Assembly (NCBI GenBank): GCA_964541255.1
Contig: CAZIPL010000006.1
Location: 1-56,217 of the forward strand
Origin: an uncultured Clostridia bacterium
GTDB lineage: Bacteria; Bacillota; Clostridia; Christensenellales; CAMQZB01
Length of the DNA: 56,217 nucleotides
Direction: 5' to 3'
Position numbers and translations under genes: made by a program. This document shows, piece after piece, positions 18,741-27,521 of this stretch (within the stretch, counting starts at the first letter, position 1; the number at the start of each line of letters is the position of its first letter). A model generated the notes under the pieces. That model searched no databases, was not told the origin of the DNA, and saw nothing but the letters and a program-made list of their open reading frames with translations.

Positions 18741-18770
18741 TATTTTTGACACAAAAAAATCGTTTTATAC
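18741..18770 (-). promoter_or_regulatory. sigmaF-type promoter of spoIIR-sleB-orf-ypeB
   Basis: GTATA-N15-GTCAAAAATA matches GYATA-N15-GGnnAnAHTA; spoIIR is a classic sigmaF target. Confidence 0.65.
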
Positions 18771-19027
18771 AAAACTTATTACAATAATTATTTAGACTTT
18801 AGAGGCTACACTTCTTTTCTTCGAACAGTTATTACTTGCTTTTTTTATGGGAATTTGTTATTATTTTTATGAACGATATCTATTCAATCGGCAAAGATAA
18901 AAGTAAGAAAAGCAAAATAAAAGACGTGTTTTAGGCAATCTCCGAAAAAGCATGCTTAAAATTATTAAGGCGTTTTATAGAGACGCTTTTTTTATAAACA
19001 TCTTTCGCCGAAAAAGGTGAAGTACCA

Positions 19028-20785
19028 ATGAAGAAAAGAACAACAGACAAAAAACAGAAAGGAATTCTTTCGCGATTTGTGCCTTATTACAAGCCGCACT
19101 TAAAGCTTTTTATTATCGATATGTGCTGCGCGTTCATAATCTCTTGCATAAACTTGGTTTATCCGATTATTACAAGAAGCATTATCAACGTTTATGTCCC
19201 GAATAAAGCCATCGAATCTATGCTTATTGCTCTCGGCGCGCTCTTTTTTATGTATCTTATTAAGGCGCTGCTCAATTTCGTTTTGCAATATTGGGGACAT
19301 TTGGTAGGCGTAAGAATGCAAGCCGACATGAGACGCGAGCTTTTCACTCACCTAGAGAAAATGCCCTTTTCGTATTTCGACGAGAACAAAACGGGCTCCA
19401 TTCTTTCAAGGCTCACAAGCGACCTATTCGAAATCTCCGAGCTTGCCCACCACGGCCCCGAGGACATATTCCTTTCGGTCATTACAATTATCGGTTCGTT
19501 TATCGTTCTTTCGACGATAAACTTCAAGCTTTCGCTCATTATCTTTGCGTTCATTCCCGTCGGAGTGCTTTTCATCGTTTTGATGAGAAAGCGACTCAGC
19601 GCGTCGTCGAAAAAGCTCCGTGAAAAAACTTCCGAAATCAACGCGCAAATCGAAAGTGCCGTTTCGGGTATCAGAGTGGCAAGAGCGTATACGGGGGAAT
19701 CGCACGAGATCGAGCGTTTCGACAGCTGCAACAAGGAGTTCGTCGAAGCAAACGGCGAAAGATATAAGACTATGGGGCAGTTCTTCTCTTCCACGCAGTT
19801 TTATCTCGACATCATTTATTTCGTCGTTCTTTTGGCGGGCGGTCTGTTTTTCTATTTCGGAGAAATCGACCTTGCCGACTTTTTGACATATATTCTTTAT
19901 ATCTCGACTCTCATATCCCCTATCCGCGTTCTCTCCTCCATTTTCGAGCAAATTCAGCTCGGCATGTCGGGCTTTAGAAGATTTACGGAAATTATGGATA
20001 TGCCTACGGAAACGGAAAACGAAAACGCGGTCGATATTGGCAAGCTTTCGGGCGACATCAAATTTGAAAACGTGGCGTTTTCATATGACAACTCCGAGGA
20101 CAGAAACGTCATCGAAAACTTCGATATGCATATCCCCGCAGGAAAAACCGTTGCGCTTGTAGGCCCCTCGGGCGGCGGCAAAACGACTATTTGCCACCTT
20201 ATACCGAGATTTTACGATATCGAAAAGGGTAAGATTTCAATCGACGGCAAAGACATCACTCAAATGACGCGAAGCTCTCTTCGCAAAAACATCGCCATCG
20301 TTCAGCAAGACGTTTTCCTTTTTAACGCAACAATAAAAGAAAACATCGCTTACGGCGATTTCTCAGCTTCCGACGAAGACATAATAAATGCTGCAAAAAG
20401 AGCCAATATTCACGATTATATAGTTTCTCTTCCCGACGGCTACGACACCAACATCGGCGAGCGCGGAGTTAAGCTTTCGGGCGGACAAAAGCAACGTATT
20501 TCGATTGCGAGAGCATTTTTGAAAAACTCCCCTATCCTCATTCTCGACGAAGCGACGAGCGCTCTTGACAACGCGACGGAAATGCTTATTCAAGAATCTT
20601 TGTCGGAGCTTTCGAAAGGTCGCACGACGCTCGTTGTCGCGCATAGGCTTTCGACAATCAAAAACGCCGACGAGATTCTTGTCATTACAGACGAGGGCGT
20701 CAAGGAAAGCGGTACGCACGAAGAGCTTATCGAAAAGGGCGGAATTTATAAAACTCTTTACGAATTCCAATTCAAGAACCTATAA
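19028..20785 (+). CDS. ABC transporter, fused permease + ATP-binding (exporter type)
   Basis: 6-TM N-domain, GPSGGGKTT, LSGGQKQR, ILILDEATSALD, AHRLSTI. Confidence 0.93.
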   Translation: MKKRTTDKKQKGILSRFVPYYKPHLKLFIIDMCCAFIISCINLVYPIITRSIINVYVPNKAIESMLIALGALFFMYLIKALLNFVLQYWGHLVGVRMQADMRRELFTHLEKMPFSYFDENKTGSILSRLTSDLFEISELAHHGPEDIFLSVITIIGSFIVLSTINFKLSLIIFAFIPVGVLFIVLMRKRLSASSKKLREKTSEINAQIESAVSGIRVARAYTGESHEIERFDSCNKEFVEANGERYKTMGQFFSSTQFYLDIIYFVVLLAGGLFFYFGEIDLADFLTYILYISTLISPIRVLSSIFEQIQLGMSGFRRFTEIMDMPTETENENAVDIGKLSGDIKFENVAFSYDNSEDRNVIENFDMHIPAGKTVALVGPSGGGKTTICHLIPRFYDIEKGKISIDGKDITQMTRSSLRKNIAIVQQDVFLFNATIKENIAYGDFSASDEDIINAAKRANIHDYIVSLPDGYDTNIGERGVKLSGGQKQRISIARAFLKNSPILILDEATSALDNATEMLIQESLSELSKGRTTLVVAHRLSTIKNADEILVITDEGVKESGTHEELIEKGGIYKTLYEFQFKNL

Positions 20786-20951
20786 TCAATAAAAAGCAAT
20801 CTTTTATTCAACGATATAACCTTTGCAAAACAATAACGCTTGCTACGAATCTGTCGTTAGAATCATATCCGAAAAAAATTGAACTTTCCTCACATTTCAT
20901 AGTCGGAAAATTCTTAAAAAAGTAGAATAATAAAAACAAAGGAGAATTTTT

Positions 20952-21491
20952 ATGGAAAACAAATACAAAGGAACACAAACGGAAAAGAACCTCCTCGAAG
21001 CGTTCGCAGGAGAATCTCAGGCAAGAAACAAGTATACTTATTTCGCATCGACAGCTAAAAAAGAGGGCTTCGAACAGATTTCCGCAATTTTCACTAAGAC
21101 TGCGGACAACGAAAAAGAACACGCTAAAATGTGGTTTAAGGAACTTAACGGTATCGGCAATACAGCAGAGAACCTCGCTGCGGCAGCAGACGGCGAAAAC
21201 TACGAATGGACGAATATGTACGAAGGCTTTGCCAAGACAGCCGAAGAGGTAGGTTTCAAAGAGCTTGCCGCTAAATTCAGGCTTGTAGCGGCAATCGAGA
21301 AAAAGCACGAGGAACGTTATCGTGCACTTCTAAGAAACGTCGAAGCGCAAGAAGTTTTCGCTAAAAGCGAAGTTAAGGTTTGGGAATGCAGAAATTGCGG
21401 ACATATTGTTGTAGGCAAAAACGCTCCCGAAATCTGTCCCACTTGCGCACACCCGAAAGCATATTTCGAAATCAGAGAAGAAAATTATTAA
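20952..21491 (+). CDS. rbr: Rubrerythrin
   Basis: [24 protein letters not shown] diiron motifs; C-terminal CRNCG...CPTC rubredoxin domain. Confidence 0.95.
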   Translation: MENKYKGTQTEKNLLEAFAGESQARNKYTYFASTAKKEGFEQISAIFTKTADNEKEHAKMWFKELNGIGNTAENLAAAADGENYEWTNMYEGFAKTAEEVGFKELAAKFRLVAAIEKKHEERYRALLRNVEAQEVFAKSEVKVWECRNCGHIVVGKNAPEICPTCAHPKAYFEIREENY

Positions 21492-21681
21492 GCATATTTG
21501 AGATAGAACAACTTGTACAAAAGCCCTTAGGAAGCATTTCTAAGGCTTTATTTAGGCGACTTTGTTGCCGATAGCGTTGGAAGAAAACCCGTTCTCGTTG
21601 CTTCGGGCTTTATGACTGCGTTTGGCGTTATTTTTTCAATAAATCTAAAACATTCAAATAAAATTAACTATTACAACACAT

Positions 21682-21713
21682 AAAAGCCCCTCTTCACGAG
21701 GGGCGATTTTTTT
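21682..21713. terminator. Intrinsic terminator between rbr and the collagen-like gene
   Basis: AAAA-GCCCCTC-ttcac-GAGGGGC-GA-T7. Confidence 0.55.
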
Positions 21714-21942
21714 AGAAAAATACTTTTGCAAAACTACGCTCGGCTGAAAAGCCTTGTAATTTTTGCTATCTTGCTTTAAAAGGACGAAAATGCTTCAATC
21801 TAAAAAGCACGAAGCGATTGTTTTATTATAAGTCTATCGTCGGCTTTACGTATTTTTATTATCCGTTGAAAGACGTCGGCAATTGAGCAATAACTGCAAT
21901 TAATCTCTAAAATCCGTGTTGGACTTAATCATAATACTTAAA

Positions 21943-22479
21943 TCAAGCAAGCTTAACTACCGTCATTCCCGCTTCACCCAACGTAATAGCCGAAGTCGAA
22001 CCGTTAACAAGCGTAAGCCTTGTCGAAGCCGAAACGGTTACGATTGTCGATGCGACGGCGTTTTGCGCTATTTCGCCCTGCGTTGACGTCGCGGTCGAGT
22101 AAGTCGTTCCGCCTGCCGTCAACCTAACCTCAAGCGCCGTTTCTGCCGTTGCCGCGGTGCCGTTTACGTAGTAGTTGACAAGGTACGTTCCCGAATCTAC
22201 AACGACGGCGTTACTCTCAACCCGTATTGTCGTATTTGGCGTTGCGGCTTGTTGAGTTATCGGAAAAACCGCATTGGCATCAACTGTGCCGCTGTTTACC
22301 ATTGCATAAAGCGCGTCCGAAAGACCGGCAGCACCTTGCGCGCCCGTTGCTCCCGTAGCACCGGTTGCTCCCGTCAGTCCGCGCGGTCCCATTGCGCCTT
22401 GGACATATACGACTCGCTCAATATTTCTTCGGTTATCGAATCTACCTTGACAATTTGGTTTTTTGTTACAACATAGCAT
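21943..22479 (-). CDS. Short collagen-like (BclA-like) spore-surface protein
   Basis: Cys-containing N-terminus (MLCCNKKPNC), 8 GXX triplets (GAMGPRGLTGATGATGATGAQGAA), beta-rich C-terminal domain with GTYLVNYYV; GAGGAGG RBS. Confidence 0.8.
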   Translation of the reverse strand: MLCCNKKPNCQGRFDNRRNIERVVYVQGAMGPRGLTGATGATGATGAQGAAGLSDALYAMVNSGTVDANAVFPITQQAATPNTTIRVESNAVVVDSGTYLVNYYVNGTAATAETALEVRLTAGGTTYSTATSTQGEIAQNAVASTIVTVSASTRLTLVNGSTSAITLGEAGMTVVKLA

Positions 22480-22502
22480 AAAGTATACCTCCCTCTTTGC
22501 TT

Positions 22503-22531
22503 CATACTATGATTTGACGCTCTTCTTTGTG
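22503..22531 (-). promoter_or_regulatory. sigmaK-type promoter of the collagen-like gene
   Basis: CACA-N16-CATAGTATG matches mACm-N16-CATAnnnT. Confidence 0.65.
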
Positions 22532-22546
22532 AAAGCTTCTTACATT

Positions 22547-22577
22547 AAAAAAACAAGCCCGATAGGACTTGTTTTTT
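22547..22577 (-). terminator. Terminator after oadB/oadG-like genes
   Basis: AAAAAAACAAG-ccc gatagg a-CTTGTTTTTT hairpin with A/T tails. Confidence 0.6.
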
Positions 22578-22626
22578 ATTATTTTATTTATTTTGATTAA
22601 ATATTTTTTTGATACAAAGCTCGATG

Positions 22627-22794
22627 TTATTCTTCTTCCTTTTCTTCGTTCGCGTGCTTAGCGTCTACCTTTGCGGAAACCTTTCCGAAAGCAACGATGA
22701 AAAGAACGATAACGCCGGTAACGACGAATATTCCGAGCATGCCCTTTCCCATAAGAACGAGGGACTGTAAAAATTGTTCAACGTTTATATTCAT
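22627..22794 (-). CDS. OadG-related small single-TM subunit (gamma/delta-like) of Na+-translocating decarboxylase
   Basis: Not in ORF track (55 aa): MNINVEQFLQSLVLMGKGMLGIFVVTGVIVLFIVAFGKVSAKVDAKHANEEKEEE. GM.GIF TM motif, GGGAGGT RBS, 13 bp after oadB. Confidence 0.8.
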   Translation of the reverse strand: MNINVEQFLQSLVLMGKGMLGIFVVTGVIVLFIVAFGKVSAKVDAKHANEEKEEE

Positions 22795-22807
22795 AACAAT
22801 ACCTCCC

Positions 22808-23944
22808 TTATACCAACGGGCTGACGAGGCTTATGATAAGTCCGCCTGCGATTACGGAAGCGATCTGTCCGGATACGTTTACGCCGACAGACTGCATCAA
22901 AATGAAGTTGGTAGGATCTTCTTTAAGCGCCATTTTATGAACTACTCTCGACGACATCGGGAATGCGGAAATACCTGCGGCACCGATCATCGGGTTGAGC
23001 TTCTTACCCTCAGGCAAGAACAAGTTGAGAAGCTTTGCGAAAAGTACGCCGCCTGCGGTATCGAAAATAAATGCGATAAGTCCGAGTCCCAAAATGAGAA
23101 GAGTGTTCCAATTGAGGAAGTATTCCGCCTGCATCTTTGTCGCAACGGTGATTCCGAGGAAAAGCGTTACGAGGTTTGCAAGAACGTTCTGTGCCGTTTC
23201 GGAAAGAGATTTCAAAACGCCGCACTCTCTCAAAAGGTTACCGAACATCAAAAAGCCGATAAGAGCAACGGATCTCGGAGAAACAAGACCTACGATGACG
23301 GTAATTGCGATCGGGAAAATGATTCTCGTTCTCTTGCTGATAGAATTCTGCTTGTAAGGCATTCTGATGAGACGCTCTTTCTTGGTCGTCAAAAGCTTAA
23401 TGATAGGCGGCTGAACGATAGGAACGAGTGCCATATAAGAATACGCCGCGACAATGATAGCTCCGAGATAATTCGAACCGAAGAAGTTCGCTACGAAAAT
23501 AGACGTAGGGCCGTCGGCAGCTCCGATTACGGCGATAGAAGCGGCGTCTTTCAAATCGAAGCCCAAAAGGCTTGCCATCGAAAGCGTGAAGAAAATTCCG
23601 AACTGAGCCGCAGCACCGAAAAGCATAAGCTTAGGATCGTTAAGCAAAGGCCCGAAGTCGATCATTGCGCCGATACCGATGAAAAGCAAGAGCGGGAAAA
23701 GCTCGTTTGCGATACCGGAATTGAACAATACGTCCAAAACACCGATTTCGGCTACTCCGTCATATATCTGCGTAACAGCGCCCGACAAGGGCAAGTTTAC
23801 CAAAATCGCGCCGAAGCCCATAGGCAACAAAAGCGAAGGCTCCATATCTTTCTTTATTGCCAAATAAATCAAGACTGCGCCGATGACCCACATGACGACC
23901 TGCTGCCAGGTTATCGCCAAAAGGCCTTCATACAATATTTCCAT
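22808..23944 (-). CDS. oadB: Sodium ion-translocating decarboxylase beta subunit (OadB/MmdB/GcdB)
   Basis: EPSLLLPMGFG, GIGAMIDFGPLL, GAAAQFGIF, IGAADGPTSIF, AAYSYMALVP, NPMIGAAGISAFPM. Confidence 0.95.
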   Translation of the reverse strand: MEILYEGLLAITWQQVVMWVIGAVLIYLAIKKDMEPSLLLPMGFGAILVNLPLSGAVTQIYDGVAEIGVLDVLFNSGIANELFPLLLFIGIGAMIDFGPLLNDPKLMLFGAAAQFGIFFTLSMASLLGFDLKDAASIAVIGAADGPTSIFVANFFGSNYLGAIIVAAYSYMALVPIVQPPIIKLLTTKKERLIRMPYKQNSISKRTRIIFPIAITVIVGLVSPRSVALIGFLMFGNLLRECGVLKSLSETAQNVLANLVTLFLGITVATKMQAEYFLNWNTLLILGLGLIAFIFDTAGGVLFAKLLNLFLPEGKKLNPMIGAAGISAFPMSSRVVHKMALKEDPTNFILMQSVGVNVSGQIASVIAGGLIISLVSPLV

Positions 23945-23957
23945 ATTCCTCCTTTTT

Positions 23958-24048
23958 AGCCGAAAGGGTTTTGCCTACTTTCGACCATATAAAAAGCCCG
24001 ACATAATCGAGGCTTAGTTTTACCTACTTAGAAGAAGCGAAAACTTCC
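23958..24048 (-). ncRNA. Structured 5' leader of oadB; candidate Na+-sensing (DUF1646-type) riboswitch with terminator
   Basis: Transcript would begin GGA-AGUUUU-CGCUU-cuucu-AAGUAGGU-AAAACU (small two-stem hairpin). It is followed directly by the terminator AAGCCUCGA-uuaug-UCGGGCUUUUU and a hairpin GGUCGAAAG...CUUUCGGCU before the RBS. Confidence 0.55.
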
Positions 24049-24054
24049 AATTAT

Positions 24055-24083
24055 ATATTAGCAAAACACGCAAGCATTGTCAA
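24055..24083 (-). promoter_or_regulatory. sigmaA promoter of oadB operon
   Basis: TTGACA (24083-24078)-17 bp-TAATAT (24060-24055). Confidence 0.7.
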
Positions 24084-24294
24084 ACGAATAAGCAAAACGA
24101 CATATCGCAAAAGCCGTAAAATTGTTATATTAAGTTATATTAAAATCATTTTTCAAAACCCGTGTTGATATAAGCAAAGCATTGGCTAAGCTATGAAATA
24201 TTACGCAAATGATGTTTATTCGATAGACTATCATAGGTTAGCTTTATTCATAGGAACAAGGCTTTCCCACTAAAAATAAAAAAGGATGTGAAAA

Positions 24295-24969
24295 TCACAA
24301 TCCTATGGATAATACTATTAAAAGAAGTCCTACGAAATAAAAGAGGCTGTTTAATCTCACAATCCACTTTTTGCCCGTCACGATAAATCGGTCTACCGTC
24401 AAAATCAAGTCGCTTATCATGAACATAATAGAGCCTATTCCCATTAAAAGATAGGGCGTTTCGGGCATAAGTATAACGCACGCCAAGCCGAACATTCCGT
24501 GCAAGAAAATCGAAGAAAGATATGCAGTCATCGAAAGACGCATTTTGCCGAGCTTAATTACGTCGGGGAATTTTTTCGCTAAAAGTCCGAAGGTCAAAAC
24601 AAGCGCGATCCACGCTATAAAAACCCAAAAATAATCTTTGAAAACAAAGCCCGAATCGGAAAGAAGCGCGACATAAAAAACGGAAAAGCAGATGTTTCCG
24701 CTAAAGAAGAAGTCTCCCCCTTTTTTCAAATCGAAAACAAGCGCGAGATCGCCCAAGAACGAAAAGAAAAGGGCTATTATCATAATAAGGCGGAATGACG
24801 CTATTTCATAGTTTTGCAAGTAATTCACGATCGCATATGAAAGATACATCGTCGCCATGATATATTTATTCACAGTGCGGTATTTGAGCTTGCCGCTTGT
24901 TCTCGTATAGAAATAGCAACAAAGCGCAAGAAGATATACCGCTATAAAAATTATTTTCAAAGCACCCAT
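24295..24969 (-). CDS. YhhN/TMEM86 (lysoplasmalogenase-like) membrane protein
   Basis: About 8 TMs, FSFLGDLAL and GSIMFMISDLIL motifs. Confidence 0.75.
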   Translation of the reverse strand: MGALKIIFIAVYLLALCCYFYTRTSGKLKYRTVNKYIMATMYLSYAIVNYLQNYEIASFRLIMIIALFFSFLGDLALVFDLKKGGDFFFSGNICFSVFYVALLSDSGFVFKDYFWVFIAWIALVLTFGLLAKKFPDVIKLGKMRLSMTAYLSSIFLHGMFGLACVILMPETPYLLMGIGSIMFMISDLILTVDRFIVTGKKWIVRLNSLFYFVGLLLIVLSIGL

Positions 24970-25207
24970 AACTTTCTCCTCTTATCACAAAAACGACTAA
25001 ATATTAGCTTTTCTCAAAAGCTTTTTTCAAATAATAGCTCGACGGCTTTTTTCGTTTCCGCTCGATTTTATGATAGCACACGTAATATTTGTTGTCAACA
25101 GCGAAATAATTAAAAAATTATTCAATGAAAAACGAATCGCCACATCATTTATCACGATTTTTTAATTTTTGTTAGGTTATTCTTTGCTTCAATTAAGCTT
25201 AAAAAAT

Positions 25208-25237
25208 CAAAAACCCCGCAGTGAGTGTTTTGCGGGG
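25208..25237 (-). terminator. Putative terminator of the ileS...ppi transcript
   Basis: Minus strand CCCCGCA-aaacactcac-TGCGGGG-TTTTT. Confidence 0.5.
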
Positions 25238-25372
25238 GGGTTGATATACTATTGGTGATTGTTCTTGCAAGAGAATTTAACTTCAAATTATAAATTGATC
25301 GAGTTTAAACTCAATTGCGATACTTTCAGCGGACAAGAGTTTTTTCTCGTTGAAAGCTTGCAAGCTATTATA

Positions 25373-25891
25373 TTACGCCTTAACAGGTTCTTTTGCCTCA
25401 TAACCGTTGAGCTCGACGGCAACTTTTTTCATCTTCTGCTCTTCGTAAGGTCTGTCGTTTCTATCGGTCTTTGTCGTTGCGATTTTGTCGATAACTTCTA
25501 AGCCCTCGATAACTTTACCAAACGTTGCGTATTGACCGTCAAGATAAGGATAATCTACGTGCATGATGAAAAACTGCGAACCTGCCGAGTTGGGGTTCAT
25601 GGCTCTTGCCATGGAAAGTACGCCTCTAAGGTGCTTTAAGTCGTTCTTGAATCCGTTGGAGGAAAATTCTCCTTTGATGCAATATCCGGGGCCGCCCATT
25701 CCGCTACCCATAGGATCGCCGCCTTGAATCATAAAGCCTTTTATGCAACGATGGAAAATAAGTCCGTCGTAAAAGCCTTTTTGAACGAGCGAGATGAAGT
25801 TGTTGACCGTGTTGGGCGCAACTTCGGGATAAAGCTCGGCAACCATAACGTCGCCGTTTTCCATTTCTATTCTAACAATAGGATTTGCCAT
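25373..25891 (-). CDS. ppiB: Cyclophilin-type peptidyl-prolyl cis-trans isomerase
   Basis: FYDGLIFHR.IKGFMIQGGDP, LSMAR...NSAGSQFFI, LDGQYATFG. Confidence 0.95.
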   Translation of the reverse strand: MANPIVRIEMENGDVMVAELYPEVAPNTVNNFISLVQKGFYDGLIFHRCIKGFMIQGGDPMGSGMGGPGYCIKGEFSSNGFKNDLKHLRGVLSMARAMNPNSAGSQFFIMHVDYPYLDGQYATFGKVIEGLEVIDKIATTKTDRNDRPYEEQKMKKVAVELNGYEAKEPVKA

Positions 25892-25956
25892 TTTTAGTCT
25901 CCTTTTTAAGTACGCTATATCAAAGCTTTTTTATTTTTAAGCTATCGATCAAAAAA

Positions 25957-26655
25957 TCAGAACGCCCTCAAAGCTCTGTCGATATCGAAAGACTTCCAAG
26001 GGGTTTCGTCCTCGGGAGGATATGCGATGAACGTCATAAGCTCTTTCGTTACGGGGTGATTGAATTTCAATACCGTAGACCAAAGCGCGAGCTTGCAAGG
26101 GTCTTGACTCCCGTACTTCTTATCGCCACAAATGGTCGCGTGGCAAGTCGAAAGCTGAACTCTTATCTGGTGTCCGCGTCCCGTTATCAAGCGAACGAGA
26201 ACGAGCTGATAGTTGCCCTTTTCCTCCATTACATCATAGATAAGCTCCGCCTTTTTCGCACCCTCGGTTGCCTCGGGAACGACGTATACGGTGTTCGTTA
26301 CGGCGTTTTTCTTTAGGTAATGCGTGAGCTTTCCCTCTTTTTCCGGCATTTTGCCGTTCGTAACGCAAAGGTAGCACTTCGAAAGTTCTCCGTCGCGAAT
26401 GCTTTCGGAAAGTCTCGACGCGGCTTTGCTCGTTTTGGCAAATACCATTACGCCGCCCGTCGGGCGATCCAATCTATGAACAAGCCCCGCATAAGCGTTG
26501 CCCGTTTTGCCGTATTTTTCTTTCAAGTATTTCTTGACGATAGTAAGCATATCTTCGTCGCCCGAAGAATCTCCCTGAGAGGGGATATTCTGAGGCTTAA
26601 CCACTACTATAATGTGATTGTCTTCATAAAGAATTTTCAAATCTTTAGTATCCAT
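25957..26655 (-). CDS. RluA-family pseudouridine synthase
   Basis: ILYEDNHIIVVVKP, VHRLDRPTGG (catalytic Asp), TGRGHQIRVQ. Start moved to ATG 26655, just after the upstream stop. Confidence 0.92.
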   Translation of the reverse strand: MDTKDLKILYEDNHIIVVVKPQNIPSQGDSSGDEDMLTIVKKYLKEKYGKTGNAYAGLVHRLDRPTGGVMVFAKTSKAASRLSESIRDGELSKCYLCVTNGKMPEKEGKLTHYLKKNAVTNTVYVVPEATEGAKKAELIYDVMEEKGNYQLVLVRLITGRGHQIRVQLSTCHATICGDKKYGSQDPCKLALWSTVLKFNHPVTKELMTFIAYPPEDETPWKSFDIDRALRAF

Positions 26656-26657
26656 CG

Positions 26658-27521
26658 TTATTTCCTTTCGTTGAAAATATATACTCCGCTTGCTCCGCAC
26701 GGAAGAAGTATTCCCTCTTCTTCTGTCGGCAAGCATAATTCATACGAATCCGCCTTTCCGCCGTCGAAAACGGAGCTTAATAAATTACTCAAAACAGTCG
26801 GTTGCAATCCCGTCGTATAGCTGTTCACCAAAACAAACAAGGGATTGTCCGAAAGCACGTCTTTCGTCGTCGCGATAAGGTCGTATATCCCCTCTTCAAG
26901 CTTCCACACCTCTCCGCCGGGACCTCTTCCGTATGAGGGAGGATCCATGATTATCGCGTCATATTTGCGACCTCTTCTTATCTCTCTTTGAACGAATTTG
27001 AAGCAATCGTCTACGATATATCTGACGGGTTTGTCCTCTAAGCCCGAAAGCCTTATATTTTCGGCAGCGCGCTCTACCATACCTTTTGCCGCGTCGACGT
27101 GGCATACGCTGGCACCGGCTGCTAAGCACGCAACCGTCGCGCCGCCCGTGTAGGCAAAAAGGTTGAGAACGGAAATCGGTCTGTTCGCGTTTTTGATAAG
27201 CTCTCTCATCATATCCCAATTCGCCGCCTGCTCGGGGAAAAGTCCCGTATGCTTAAAGCCCATCGGCATAATCGAAAAGGTGAGATCTTTGTAATTTATC
27301 GTCCAACTTTTCGGAATCTTTCTCTTGAAATCCCACGCGCCGCCGCCTTTCGACGAACGAGTGTAGATTCCGTCTATTCCGCCGATAGTCCTAAGGGCTT
27401 CTCTTTTCCATATCGCTTGCGGCTCGGGACGAAGAAGCTTGATGTCGCCCCAGCGCTCGAGCTTTTCTCCGTTGCCCGTCGCGATGACGGAATAATCTTG
27501 CCAAGAATCGGCTATCTTCAT
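26658..27521 (-). CDS. Class I SAM-dependent methyltransferase (RlmI-like)
   Basis: KHTGLFPEQ, VLNLFAYTGG, IMDPPSYGRG. Confidence 0.88.
   Translation of the reverse strand: MKIADSWQDYSVIATGNGEKLERWGDIKLLRPEPQAIWKREALRTIGGIDGIYTRSSKGGGAWDFKRKIPKSWTINYKDLTFSIMPMGFKHTGLFPEQAANWDMMRELIKNANRPISVLNLFAYTGGATVACLAAGASVCHVDAAKGMVERAAENIRLSGLEDKPVRYIVDDCFKFVQREIRRGRKYDAIIMDPPSYGRGPGGEVWKLEEGIYDLIATTKDVLSDNPLFVLVNSYTTGLQPTVLSNLLSSVFDGGKADSYELCLPTEEEGILLPCGASGVYIFNERK

Noticed and set aside
22697-23959. 420-aa plus-strand ORF antisense to oadB
   Set aside because: It fully shadows a well-conserved membrane gene and has no recognisable motifs. Hydrophobic codon bias readily leaves the opposite strand stop-free.
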